From Tubulanus polymorphus (lineage: Eukaryota; Animalia; Nemertea), in assembly GCF_964204645.1 (NCBI RefSeq), contig NC_134033.1, positions 454,131-518,130 on the forward strand: 64,000 bases of DNA, written 5' to 3'. Shown in pieces: positions 1-11,500 of this stretch (positions are counted from its first letter, which is position 1; the number at the start of each line of letters is the position of its first letter). The translations under genes were made by a program, and so were the position numbers. Below the pieces are notes generated by a model that was given only the letters and a program-made list of their open reading frames with translations, had not been told where the DNA came from and ran no database searches.

Positions 1-330
1 GCTGTAGATGCCCAGATTGGATGGATCCAGGCTGTATATGCCCAGATTGGATGGATCCCGGCTGTATATGCCCAGATTGGATGGATCCAGGCTGTATATG
101 CCCATATTGGATGGACCCAGGCTGTAGATGGCCAGATTGGATGGTTCCAGGCTGTATATGCCCAGATTGGATGGATCCAGGCTGTATATGCCCAGATTGG
201 ATGGTTCCAGGCTGTATATGCCCAGATTGGATGGTTCCAGGCTGTATATGCCCAGATTGGATGGATCCAGGCTGTATATGCCCAGATTGGATGGTTCCAG
301 GCTGTATATGCCCAGATTGGATGGTTCCAG
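1..330. repeat. 30-bp minisatellite (gctgtatatgcccagattggatggatccag), ~11 copies, truncated by window start
   Basis: Direct tandem periodicity; explains ORFs 21..362 and 128..355. Confidence 0.95.
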
Positions 331-596
331 GGCGAACTTCGGTTATCGGAGTTAGTCGTTAGTGGTCCGGAAATGGTCGACCATGCAATTGAGCACGGTC
401 GCTATATAGTTCCGACTACACTAGTCGACAAGCAACGAAAACCGAAGTTGGCCCAAACTGTAGATACCAAGATTGAAAGGTTCCGGACTTGGGTTGCTTC
501 AGTTAAAGTGAGGAACAATGGAATTCTAAAATCCTGCCGACGAATAATGACTAAAATTTACAATTTTCAGATTCAATTGTACAATTATGTTTTCAG

Positions 597-669
597 ATAC
601 GAACAGACTTATCGGTTATTACGGTACAATCCTTTTCTCATGATTCGTTTTAGAGTCCATACAGGCTAA
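597..669 (+). CDS. Possible terminal coding exon of an upstream plus-strand gene (YEQTYRLLRYNPFLMIRFRVHTG*), unidentified
   Basis: Acceptor tgttttcag at 596, open frame to TAA at 669, AATAAA at ~819; no recognised homology. Confidence 0.3.
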
Positions 670-1112
670 CTGGAGTTGGACTGGAATTGGAATTAGAATT
701 TTTCCGTATCCACGTACTAGAATTGCTCATGTTAAATACAATTGCTGTTTGGATATTTCAAAAATTTATTGCTTTTATCATATAACAACGTATTGGAAAA
801 CAATGCGATGCTTATTTGAATAAATTGACCGTTAATTCGAAATATTTCCGATCGATTTAATCAGCAAGTTGTTTTAATGCGTTAATCAATATTGATCCGG
901 CGCATTGATACCGGATACGGAAACTTGTTTCACGGGTCAAAAAGACTGGAAAAGATTCAATAAGTTGAGCGACATACGACATAATGTATGTTTAATGTCG
1001 GCTTAAAAAAAATGACACCCGATGAAACCAACTCAAGGTATGAGACACACGCTATTCGACAAAACAGCACGCCGTCCAGTACAATTGCCTGTTCTGAAGC
1101 CCTAGGGCTTTG

Positions 1113-1251
1113 CTAACCCTAACCCTAGCTGTCTCGTAACCCTAACCCTAACAGGGCGGACAATCAAGCCACCGCAACCCTAACCCTAGCCGGGACTCGA
1201 CCCTCAGACCTCCTGCATACCAGTCGAGCACGCTAACCACTAGACCATAGA
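1113..1251 (-). mobile_element. tRNA-derived SINE-like element followed by (TTAGGG)n blocks
   Basis: Minus strand: A box TGGTCTAGTGG, B-box-like GGGTCGAGTCCC, then TAGGGTTAGGG blocks; related copy at 43428. Confidence 0.6.
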
Positions 1252-1435
1252 CCAGTAGTTGTTGGTATAGTTTGACAAGTTTGTGGGGCCAGTGCGGTGA
1301 CCAATTAGGTGGTGAAAAAGAAGCTCAACTTGTGCTTCGGAATGCCCAAACCATAGCCCAACTCATGCCAAACACCTCTAGAGTTAAATATCAGGGATGG
1401 GACAAGGCGTACCAGTGCGGGGCCTACAGAATAGC

Positions 1436-1601
1436 ATCACGTTACGATACAACCTCACGTTACGATACAACCTCACGTTACGATACAACCTCACGTTACG
1501 ATACAACCTCACGTTACGACACAACCTCACGTTACGATACAACCTCACGTTACGACACAACCTCACGTTACGACACAACCTCACGTTACGACACAACCTC
1601 A
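1436..1601. repeat. 18-bp minisatellite (tcacgttacgatacaacc), ~9 copies
   Basis: Tandem periodicity. Confidence 0.95.
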
Positions 1602-2541
1602 CCCTTTTCGATACGATCTCTCATTCCATTAATATCAGGCTCATTATCAAGTGAAGGGTACTTTTTTATACAAATCTCATCGTAGAACGTTTGAACATTA
1701 CAGTCAGATTAAGCAGGGTACAAGATAAACCGGTCTAAGTGGTTTTTATCGGTTCATTAAAATTCCGATAGATGGCGATCGATGATTATGACGGTTTTGA
1801 GCATAGTACCAAAAGCGAAGTCGAGTTAAGTCAGTTCAGGGATATTCCAATAGATGGCGATCTAGTGTTTCTATAAGGATCATATGCGTGTAGGGACGTC
1901 CTAGGTTCGAGACCAATACCGTGTACCGCTAGAATTGTGCATCAACCCATTACTCTCAGGATATGATCGGTTATCAGGTTATCACTGCACCTCCCCGACA
2001 GGAACCTGTTAGTTCCAGGTTGCTCCAATCTGTAGGTCGTCTGGATGTGGCAGGTTCCAGATTGTTGGAAGGGGCTGAAGGTTCCAGGCTGCACAATGTC
2101 GCAATGCCTGGTGCAGGTAAAAGATGAAGATGAGGAACAAGGTTGTTCTAAAAGCCTGTTGCTGCCTGGAGAAATCTCAACGAAAAACTGACTCAAATTT
2201 TCTATTTCCAGATACAGATATTTGTATTTTTTCGCATACAAAATATAATGACATAATAAAATGCAGTAGAACAGTTACACATCGATTCTTAGTCAGCCAG
2301 CACTAAACCAGCCCCGGCCAGCACTACACCAGCCCCAGCCCTTATTACATTACAACATTTTTTTTATCATGATAAGATTTAGTTTTTTTCTAAAACAAAA
2401 AATTGTTCAATAATTCATCAATCATCATTTTCGATTTCGGATTAAAACGCGATTAAAATTATTTACAATATTAACAAATAATCTGAGCCAGCCGCAGCAG
2501 CAGGGCCCATCTCAACATCGTTCGGAATACAAGGGGGCATC

Positions 2542-5500
2542 TCAGCGCCGACCTGAAAATATGAGACAAAACATTATTTTAGTAAAATTTAGATCAAAAG
2601 GGAAATGATTACAGAAGATTTAGTTTTCAGGATGAATGGTCAGTAAGGGAGGGGAGAGGGGGGATTGGTTACAGGCAGGGAATTTGTTAAGATGTTTTAT
2701 ATTCAGACAAATGCCTCGTTTCTGTCGTCATTAACTATTTTACAAGTTTTAGACTCGTCATCTGTTGATGTCATCATTTCATATAAAACACTCCAAAACC
2801 AAACCCCCCGGAACTGAGTGAGTTTAATCAATAATACTGACCTCCGCGACCTCCTCGGCCACCACGACCTCCGCGATAACCTCCTCGACCTCCTGAAAAA
2901 TAATCAGACGCATTCATTAACAATTAGTGCGGGAGAGATCAATTCGCTGATGGCAGGGGTGACAGGTTTGTAGTATGAATCAGTCCTATCATTGTAAACA
3001 AGCTTCATTTATAAATAGCTTCAGAAAGTATTCATCATTTTCATACTTCAGTCAGAAGTCAGTTTTGAAATGAATTTCAGTTAGAGAGTAAATAAACCTA
3101 CTGTTCAAGCCACATACAGTTGAACCTCGTGAATATGATTTACGCACAGCCAAGGGCTGGTAATCCAAGTGGAAGGAAGTTGTGACAGCCTTCACTTGTG
3201 CTCACGAAAATTGTATCCACAACTAATTCAGCTGAGGAAAAACACTTACAACCCCCCCCCCCCCAAAAAACACAATAAATACCCCTACCCCACCAGGAAC
3301 AGAAGGAGGTATGAAATCAGTCCTATCATTGTATCAGCCACACGGGTCAAAATAGGCGGTGAAAGGTTCATCATGTTTCATACCACACACAGCGCCCCCT
3401 AGAGGTGTTACTTACCAGACGGGCATTCTCTGCTGAAGTGACCGGGCTTTCCACAGTTGAAGCATCCACCGCCTCCACCACCGCCTCCACTTCCTGTAAC
3501 AAACAGAACAAGAGAATATTCATTAGATTTCCTGTTGTAGTTAGTAAACGGATCAATAGATGTCGCTAGTTGTTACTTACGTCCACCGCCGCGCGAGGAG
3601 CCACCAGACGGACATTCACGACTCATGTGACCGGAACCTCCGCAGTTAAAACATTTCATACCGCCACCTATAAACATAAAACACCGTTAAACAACGCCAC
3701 CTACAACGTAAACTTGAATACCAAATACAACAACGATCAAACTGCATCTATCACAGAGATAAATACAGTGAATAAAACAGTGGAATCTCAGATTCGCTGA
3801 TTCCGTGAAGTTTGTTGTGGAATCTCAGATTCGTTGATTCTGTGAAGTTTGTTGTAACGAGGTTCCACTGTACAGGAATCACACAATAAATAAAACATTT
3901 ACTGTTCACACGCAGACATCACTTCACTGGATTCGTCACTATTTCTATATGCAATTCAATTGACACTCAAGTGTGAGTGATCATTTGAAGAAGTCCTCAC
4001 TGAAGTCAATTCTTTATACTCCAAAGAATAATTCTTAGTCTTCATAAGGATATCAGGATTGGGACGACTGAATGAAGCATGATTATTTTAACTGGGTCGT
4101 TCGTTTATATAATGTCAAGTAACTAAATTGCTGCAGTATCAATTTATGCCGAGTTTAACCGGTTTAGCTTTAATTATGCCGAGTTTAACCGGTTTAGCTT
4201 TAACTATGCCGAGTTTAACCGGTTTAGCTTTAACTATGCCGAGTTTAACCGGTTTAGCTTTAATTAAAGCGAAGTTAAAAGCGATCATGAAAATTTGCTT
4301 AACGGAAATCTTTAAGCGCAAGCAATAATAGAGGGTAATTAGAAAGGTTTTAAATATTGTGGGGCCCAGTTGCAGCCATTAAATATAAGGATTTCAAGAA
4401 CCTTTAAAGCAATTTCTGTTTTAAAGGAATTTTTTTAAAGAACTAAGGAATCTCTGGACCCTGTTGAAAATGAAATACCAGTCATCATAGATATTCAGGA
4501 TTTGAGTGAAATTAAACCGATTCGGAACTCTCTGAATTGTAATAAACCGAGGTGAGGGTGAGATCAGATCGGTTTTAAGAAACAGCAGTTAGAGCAACTG
4601 GGTCCTCATCATCATCAATGCTTGTTTTAAAACATGCGCCGAAAGGAAGCAAAGATAAAATTATAATAATAATTCTTCATTGAGAATAAAACTAGAAGGT
4701 TGTGTATAATAATACAACATGAAAAATACAACAACTACTACTGACCGACTGACTGACTCAATATATACAATCTGCAGCCTGCCACATCATACCTGCAGCC
4801 TGCCACATCATACCTGCAGCCTAACTCAACCCACCTACAGCCTAATTCAACCCTCTGACTGACATCTGAACATCCACAAGCACAATACCATCAAAACATT
4901 TCTCATTGTAAAAGTTATAAATCATCTGGTTCCAGTTTAGGCAAAAAACAGCCGCTGAATAAGGCGTAACTTCTTCGCGAAACAGGAGCCATTTTCTCTT
5001 ATATCTGTGTGCAGTAGAGTTAAAGAGGGGTCGAGGGTCGCAGGCTGCAGATACAGGTATAATGATAAGAGAGTATAGTACTACTACATGTAAGCCTCAG
5101 TGTGTGTGTGTGTGAACTAACTCACTTCCACTTCCACGTGGACAATCACGTGATATATGTCCTTTCCTCCCACACGAGAAACAAGTCGTCGGACCACCTG
5201 AACACAAGAGACACGAATATCAATCATTCTTCATCTTTCAAACTACCACCGTCGACCAGTTAGCTAGTCGACCGGCTTATTTTACCAGTCGACAAGGAAC
5301 CTTCTCTATACGTACTGTCCTCCCTACCAGTAAGCTTGCCGTGTACCCCCTCCCCCGCCAGTGAGCAAACCCCTCCCTCAAATCTTTATCTAATTTAAAG
5401 ATTTATCAAATTGAATAAATCTAGTTGTTTATTTCGATACATACCGCTGCTAGGACAGTCACGTCCGATGTGTCCCACTTTACCGCAATTGAAACATTTT

Positions 5501-8500
5501 TCTGCAACACAGGAGACAGAAACGGCACTTTTAATCTAGTAACCATCTTCTAATCGGGCAATACAAAAATCCAGCAACCAAATCTATCGATTTAGTTTAA
5601 TGTTTTGTTTCTCAGAATCAATAGAGTTTCAGGCATTTAGCTCAAAGAGTTTATCAAGCACAAAAAAGCATTTTCCATTTTTGAAGGTGAGTTTTTAACC
5701 CTTTCAGTGCATAGTGCGCCGGCACTATAGCATATATGTATTTATAGTTATTCAACACACACTAGGGTGGAATTCTTCAAAATTTTCAAATTATCTCCAG
5801 CACTATAGGATATTAATTAGTCGCCACTGAAAGGGTTAAGGTATCAGTGAGTTCTAAGAAATAATTTCACTTCGTTTTTCTAGTAAACTTACTGGAATCT
5901 CCTCCGTATCGACCTCCTCCACCTCCTCCTCGACCTCCGCGACCTCCTTCACCTCTCTTAGCGGCGAACATTAACTGAACTTCTCGACCGTCGATTTCTG
6001 TTCCGTTCATTTTCTCCATCGCTGCCTTCGCTTCATCGACAGAATCGAAATCAACGAAACCAAATCTATAAAAAAAAACGCAACAATGCGATAAATCCAC
6101 CAGTTGTCGCCAGTGGTTACTCAGTTACCGCGCTTCAATTTCTTCAATACTACATTAAGCAGCGCTATAGCGACCCGTTTAACCAAACTTAGTTCATCTC
6201 GGACCTCAAAGGACCAGGGACTGGCTGCATAGTCACGGCTTAGACTTAAGACCAGTCTAAGACCAACTTAGTTCTATAGCCAATCTAACAGTTTAAGACC
6301 AGTCTTAAGACCACTTTTGGACTTAAGTCACGACCGTGCAACTGGCTAAAGCTGACTAGATCAGAGCCATAGATCATTGCCCGTGGGACCAGACTAAACC
6401 TCCGAGGAGGGGGAGAAATTGAATTCTGGAGCAGTCGGAGTGAAATGGGTCAAGGTGAAGGTTGTAGTATGAATCAGTCCTATCATTGTAAACAAGCTTC
6501 ATTTATAAATAGCTTCAGAAAGTATTCATCATTTTCATACTACGCGATAATCCGAGAGACAATTGGCGCCGAGGCCGATAAGTAACCTAGCGGTAAAACG
6601 ATAACCCGTAAAAAGACTTACCCTCGAGATCTGTTAGAACCGGCCTCTTTAACAACGCGAGCGTTTTGACCGTTGAGATCGGCGAATGTCTCCGCAAGAG
6701 TTTCTTCGGTCGTATTGAACGATAGATTCTTAATCCACAGAATCTTAGATTCAGACGGGGCATCTGTAAAATAGACAGAACAAATAGATTCAATACAACA
6801 CTGCTGTCTAATAGACAGAATAGATTCAATACCACATCGCTGTCTATTAGACAGATTCAGTACACCATACAGACACACTGTCTAATAGACAGAACAAATA
6901 GATTCAATACCACACCGCTGTCTATTAGACAGATTCAGTACACCATACAGACACACTGTCTAATAGACAGAACAAATAGATTCAATACCACACCGCTGTC
7001 TAATAGACAGATTCAATACACCGGACAACACTGTCTAATAGACAGAACAAATAGATTCAATACCACACCGCTGTCTATTAGACAGATTCAGTACACCATA
7101 CAGACACACTGTCTAATAGACAGAACAAATAGATTCAATACCACACCGCTGTCTAATAGACAGATTCAATACACCGGACAACACTGTCTAATAGACAGAA
7201 CAAATAGATTCAATACCACATCGCTGTCTATTAGACAGATTCAGTACACCATACAGACACACTGTCTAATAGACAGAACAAATAGATTCAATACCACACC
7301 GCTGTCTATTAGACAGATTCAGTACACCATACAGACACACTGTCTAATAGACAGAACAAATAGATTCAATACCACACCGCTGTCTATTAGACAGATTCAG
7401 TACACCATACAGACACACTGTCTAATAGACAGAACAAATAGATTCAATACCACACCGCTGTCTATTAGACAGATTCAGTACACCATACAGACACACTGTC
7501 TAATAGACAGAACAAATAGACTCAATACCACACCGCTGTCTATTAGACAGATTCAGTACACCATACAGACACACTGTCTAATAGACAGAACAAATAGATT
7601 CAATACCACACCGCTGTCTAATAGACAGATTCAATACACCGGACAACACTGTCTAATAGACAGAATAAATAGATTCAATACACCTTAACAAACTCTGTCT
7701 ATTAGACAGAGTTGTGACGGACAATCCGTCTGGTAGATTGAACACAATATGAGGTGTAATAACACAACTCAAACAAAATAGATAACATACAAACTGACTC
7801 AGAAATAGACAGTATACTGACAGGACAGACAGTCAGGGATAGACAGCATACTGACAGGACAGACAGTCAGGGATAGACAGCAGTATAAAACTGACCTGTT
7901 GCTCCACGTGATTTCCTGCGTTCTGTCGCCTTGTCGATATTAATCTCATTATCACCGATCTTCAGTCCGGCTTTCTCTTTGATGTTCTTATCGACCAATT
8001 CTTGAGTTTCAAAACGCACGTAACCAAACCTACAAAACAGTGCCAGACACACTGAATTCAAACTACTCCACCAGGGGGAGTTATTACAGCACTAGGGAGT
8101 ATCTGAATTCAAACTGCTCCACCAGGGGGAGTTACTACAGCACTAGGGAGTATCTGAATTCAAACTGCTCCACCAGGGGGAGTTACTACAGCACTAGGGA
8201 GTATCTGAATTCAAACTGCTCCACCAGGGGGAGTAACTACAGCACTAGGGAGTATCTGAATTCAAACTGCTCCACCAGGGGGAGCTGGAGTTTACAGGGG
8301 GAGCGTTGTGTAAATAAAGCCTTACTTGATATTTTTGCCCTCATTTTTAGGGGGTAGAAAAGCGCAGACGGATTCCGGGAATAATTCCATCAGTTTATCC
8401 TCGGTGATATCAGACGGCAAATTACCGACGAATAAAGATGGCTTCTCTTCGTCCGGTACTGAAAACAACAAACAACAACAACAATATTCAGCACACATTG

Positions 8501-11500
8501 TTGTAATTACCCAGCGAGTTGCCAAGCGACGTGAACGCCGGATCAAGACGTACCTTCGACTTTCTGTTTTTTAGCCGGCTGTTCGTCTTGTGATTTCCTC
8601 TTTCGTTTTCCGGTCTCTGAATCGCTTTCAGCTGAAATACAAAAAACCATCGATGAAACATTGAGCCTCAAAGCGCGAACGAGAGAGGGCGCCACCTGCC
8701 GTTTATAACGCGGTGCTGCCATCTATCAGTACGACGAGAAACTACGACGAATCTTCCGGATGATTACACTACCTTCATCATCATCATCTTCATCATCGTC
8801 ATCATCATCTCCGTCTTCCTTATCATCATCATCTTCATCGACAGCAGCTGCTGTTGTTGTTTTAACTTCCTCACTCGCCGCAGTCTCCTCCTCCTTTTCC
8901 TCTTCTATAAAAACAACACATAAAATATCAATTCACCAAATTTATTGATCTCACCTCGCCGGGCATCGGATATCTTACCCTCATCATCATCATCGTCATC
9001 ATCATCATCACCTTCCTCTTCAGCTCCATCTTCCTCATCATCATCATCATCACTTTCCTCTTCAACCTCTACAGCTGCGGTGACTGCTGCTGTACCGTTA
9101 CCGTTTAACTCAATTACTAAAACACAACCAAAAATATTCAAATATAAAACTCATACACGCCGAGGAGGAAAGTTGTCATCATTCTCTCTAAATCTCACCA
9201 TCATCTTCACTTTCCTCTTCATCGTCATCGTCCGACTCTTCTACTTTCTTAGCCGGGGTTTTCTTCGCGGCTGGTGTTGCTTTTTTAGCGTTGGCCGGTT
9301 TGCTTTTAACCGGGGTCGGTTTCACCGGCTCAATTTCCATCACTATGAAATACAGATCACGTGACGCGTGAGAATTCAATCAGACCCGGAAATTATTATA
9401 TATCTCTAGAAATATCTGTTTCACAACATGAGATCAGTTTGAATTTCGAAACGACGAAATTCAAACTGTTAAAATCAGACCTCGTTGAAAAGTGAAGAGT
9501 TTAATTTAGCACGATGTCTGGCCCGATAATCTATAGAGTAAAATAATCGGGAATTTATTCATGCGAAACAACAACATGTGGAGACTAATAGGTTCCCTCA
9601 GCGACCGGTCCGATTGTTCTCAGAGTACCCTCAGAGACCGGTCCGATTGTTCTCAGAGTACCCTCAGCGACTGGTCCGATTGTTCTCAGAGTACCCTCAG
9701 CGACCGGTCCGATTGTTCTCAGAGTACCCTCAGCGACCGGTCCGATTGTTCTCAGAGTACCCTCAGCGACCGGTCCGATTGTTCTCAGAGTACCCTCAGC
9801 GACCGGTCCGATTGCTCTCAGTTTCCCAACTGCTTCAAGACCTCCATGACAATCACCCCCTCCCCCCACAGGGGAGAATTATTTTCAGAACTCACCCTCA
9901 TCTTCCTCCTCTTGTTCGGGTACAACTTTAGCTGGTGCTGCCTTCTTCGACTGTCTTCCCTACGAATGATAGAATAAACATCCATTTTAATTTCGAATCC
10001 TAGAAATTCCATCCAATCGTCACAAACGCGATAAACTCTTCATTCGTTTCCTCTCGGCTGAAACCTCTGAACCTTTCAACGTTAAAACAAATCTAAAACA
10101 AATCTTTCGTTAATTATTTTCATATCAAAAGACGAAGATTTTTTTTTTGTTTACACAAAAGTTTTATTAGCGTATTCAGATTTCGAACAAACTACCGCTC
10201 TTTCGATACGCGCGCTGCTTCTCACGACCACGACAAAAATAATAAACTCTCTTTAAAACTGAGTTGAGGAGAACTTACTCACCTGAAGCGTGTAATTGTA
10301 GGAGAGGCCATTGACACCAGTATATCCATAGTAACACGTACAGTACAGCTAGCCTACACAGTATTACACAACTGAGATTTACAACTCAAATCAGGCAATC
10401 ATCATCATCAACAACTCTCGAAAAAACCATCAGTCAAACCACCTAGCCGTTATGTTGCTCGATGATTGCCAGATTTAAATCATAAATCACTCACGCCCTT
10501 GGACTTTATTAAAATCCGGCACAGTCTGGCCATTCTCTCTACGACAACTCGGACTGTCTCGCGTGAACCTACAAATAGGCTCAACTTCTCTCGCGGTACT
10601 TCCTCTAGGTAACTAACGCCAATATTCTGACCTCGTAAAAAACCTCAAGCAGCCGTACCTCGTTAAGAGGTCAAACCTCCGGTAACACACTTTATGGTAA
10701 CACCGGCCTGCCTCTCCGCAAGAGGCCAAACCTCTTTAAACTCTGTACAATGGTAGCACTCGAATAGAGCCCAAATCTCATTCATAACTCAGACACTTCT
10801 CAACTGTTCTGCCCTGTTTTACTTTCACATTCATAAAGCCTCAAAGCATTAAGAGGGTCACATTCATATCTCGAAACTCAGACCATACGTCATCATCTCT
10901 ACATAGCAGTCGCCAGAGGGCAGCAGGGTAGCCGCCCCTTTACAAGGTATCTTTACATCTCATGGGTTTTACTGTTCCCTCATCTCAGACAGAGGTATCT
11001 CCTTTCAGCAGGGGGACAGGTATCTCAGCATCAGAGGGGGGACAGGTATCTGCTCTCTCAGCATCACGGCCAAGGGGGGGGCAGGATAGCTAAGCTCTTA
11101 CAACTCTAAAATTTTCTCACTGGGTCAGTGTGGCCACTTTCCATTAATTTAAGTTTTCCACAATTCTTTTCTAGATTTTGCAGATTTACAGAGTTTTCCA
11201 GGTCAGTGGCCGCCCTGACTAATTAGTTAGGCAGGTTTCACATACACTAATACATTCCAAAAGCTTCCCTTAAATTAATGGGGCTAAATCAGAAAAATTT
11301 AAAAATTCTCAAAATTCTCATCAAAATCCAACAATTCAAAACATAAAAAATATTTTTCCATAAAACGTTTTTATCAAATCTATAAATTTAAGTTTCAATT
11401 TGAATCAGGTATAATTGAATTGATGAATCTGTATGAGAACAAAAGCTCGTCCTCGTGTTCCTCACCTCGTGGTGTGAGGAGACCACCACACCGGGGCGTT

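Noticed and set aside
21-362. Cys/Trp-rich repeat ORF (MDPGCICPDW)n, and similar repeat ORFs at 1272, 8040, 9561, 22625, 27283, 28079, 30815, 31186, 32574, 46130
   Set aside because: They are translations of minisatellites, open in several frames, lacking splice signals, and mostly lying inside introns of other genes
1942-2241. Minus-strand 99-aa ORF downstream of nucleolin
   Set aside because: No recognisable domain; contains recurring ggttccag motifs like the nearby minisatellite; no supportable gene structure
3899-3950. Possible H/ACA 3' hairpin or 42-nt stop-containing exon
   Set aside because: Poor hairpin, weak splice sites, adjacent to a dispersed repeat
4563-4615. Apparent C box ... 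D box pair (ATGATGA...CTGA) on the minus strand
   Set aside because: Too short, no terminal stem or rRNA guide, overlaps a MITE terminus
8760-9364. Plus-strand Ser-rich ORFs
   Set aside because: Antisense shadows of the nucleolin acidic exons
9435-9468. 14-bp perfect inverted repeat (cagtttgaatttcg/cgaaattcaaactg)
   Set aside because: Too short for a pre-miRNA; no other support for function
10787-10897. Possible C/D snoRNA in nucleolin intron 1
   Set aside because: Boxes present but no terminal stem and no recognisable rRNA/snRNA complement
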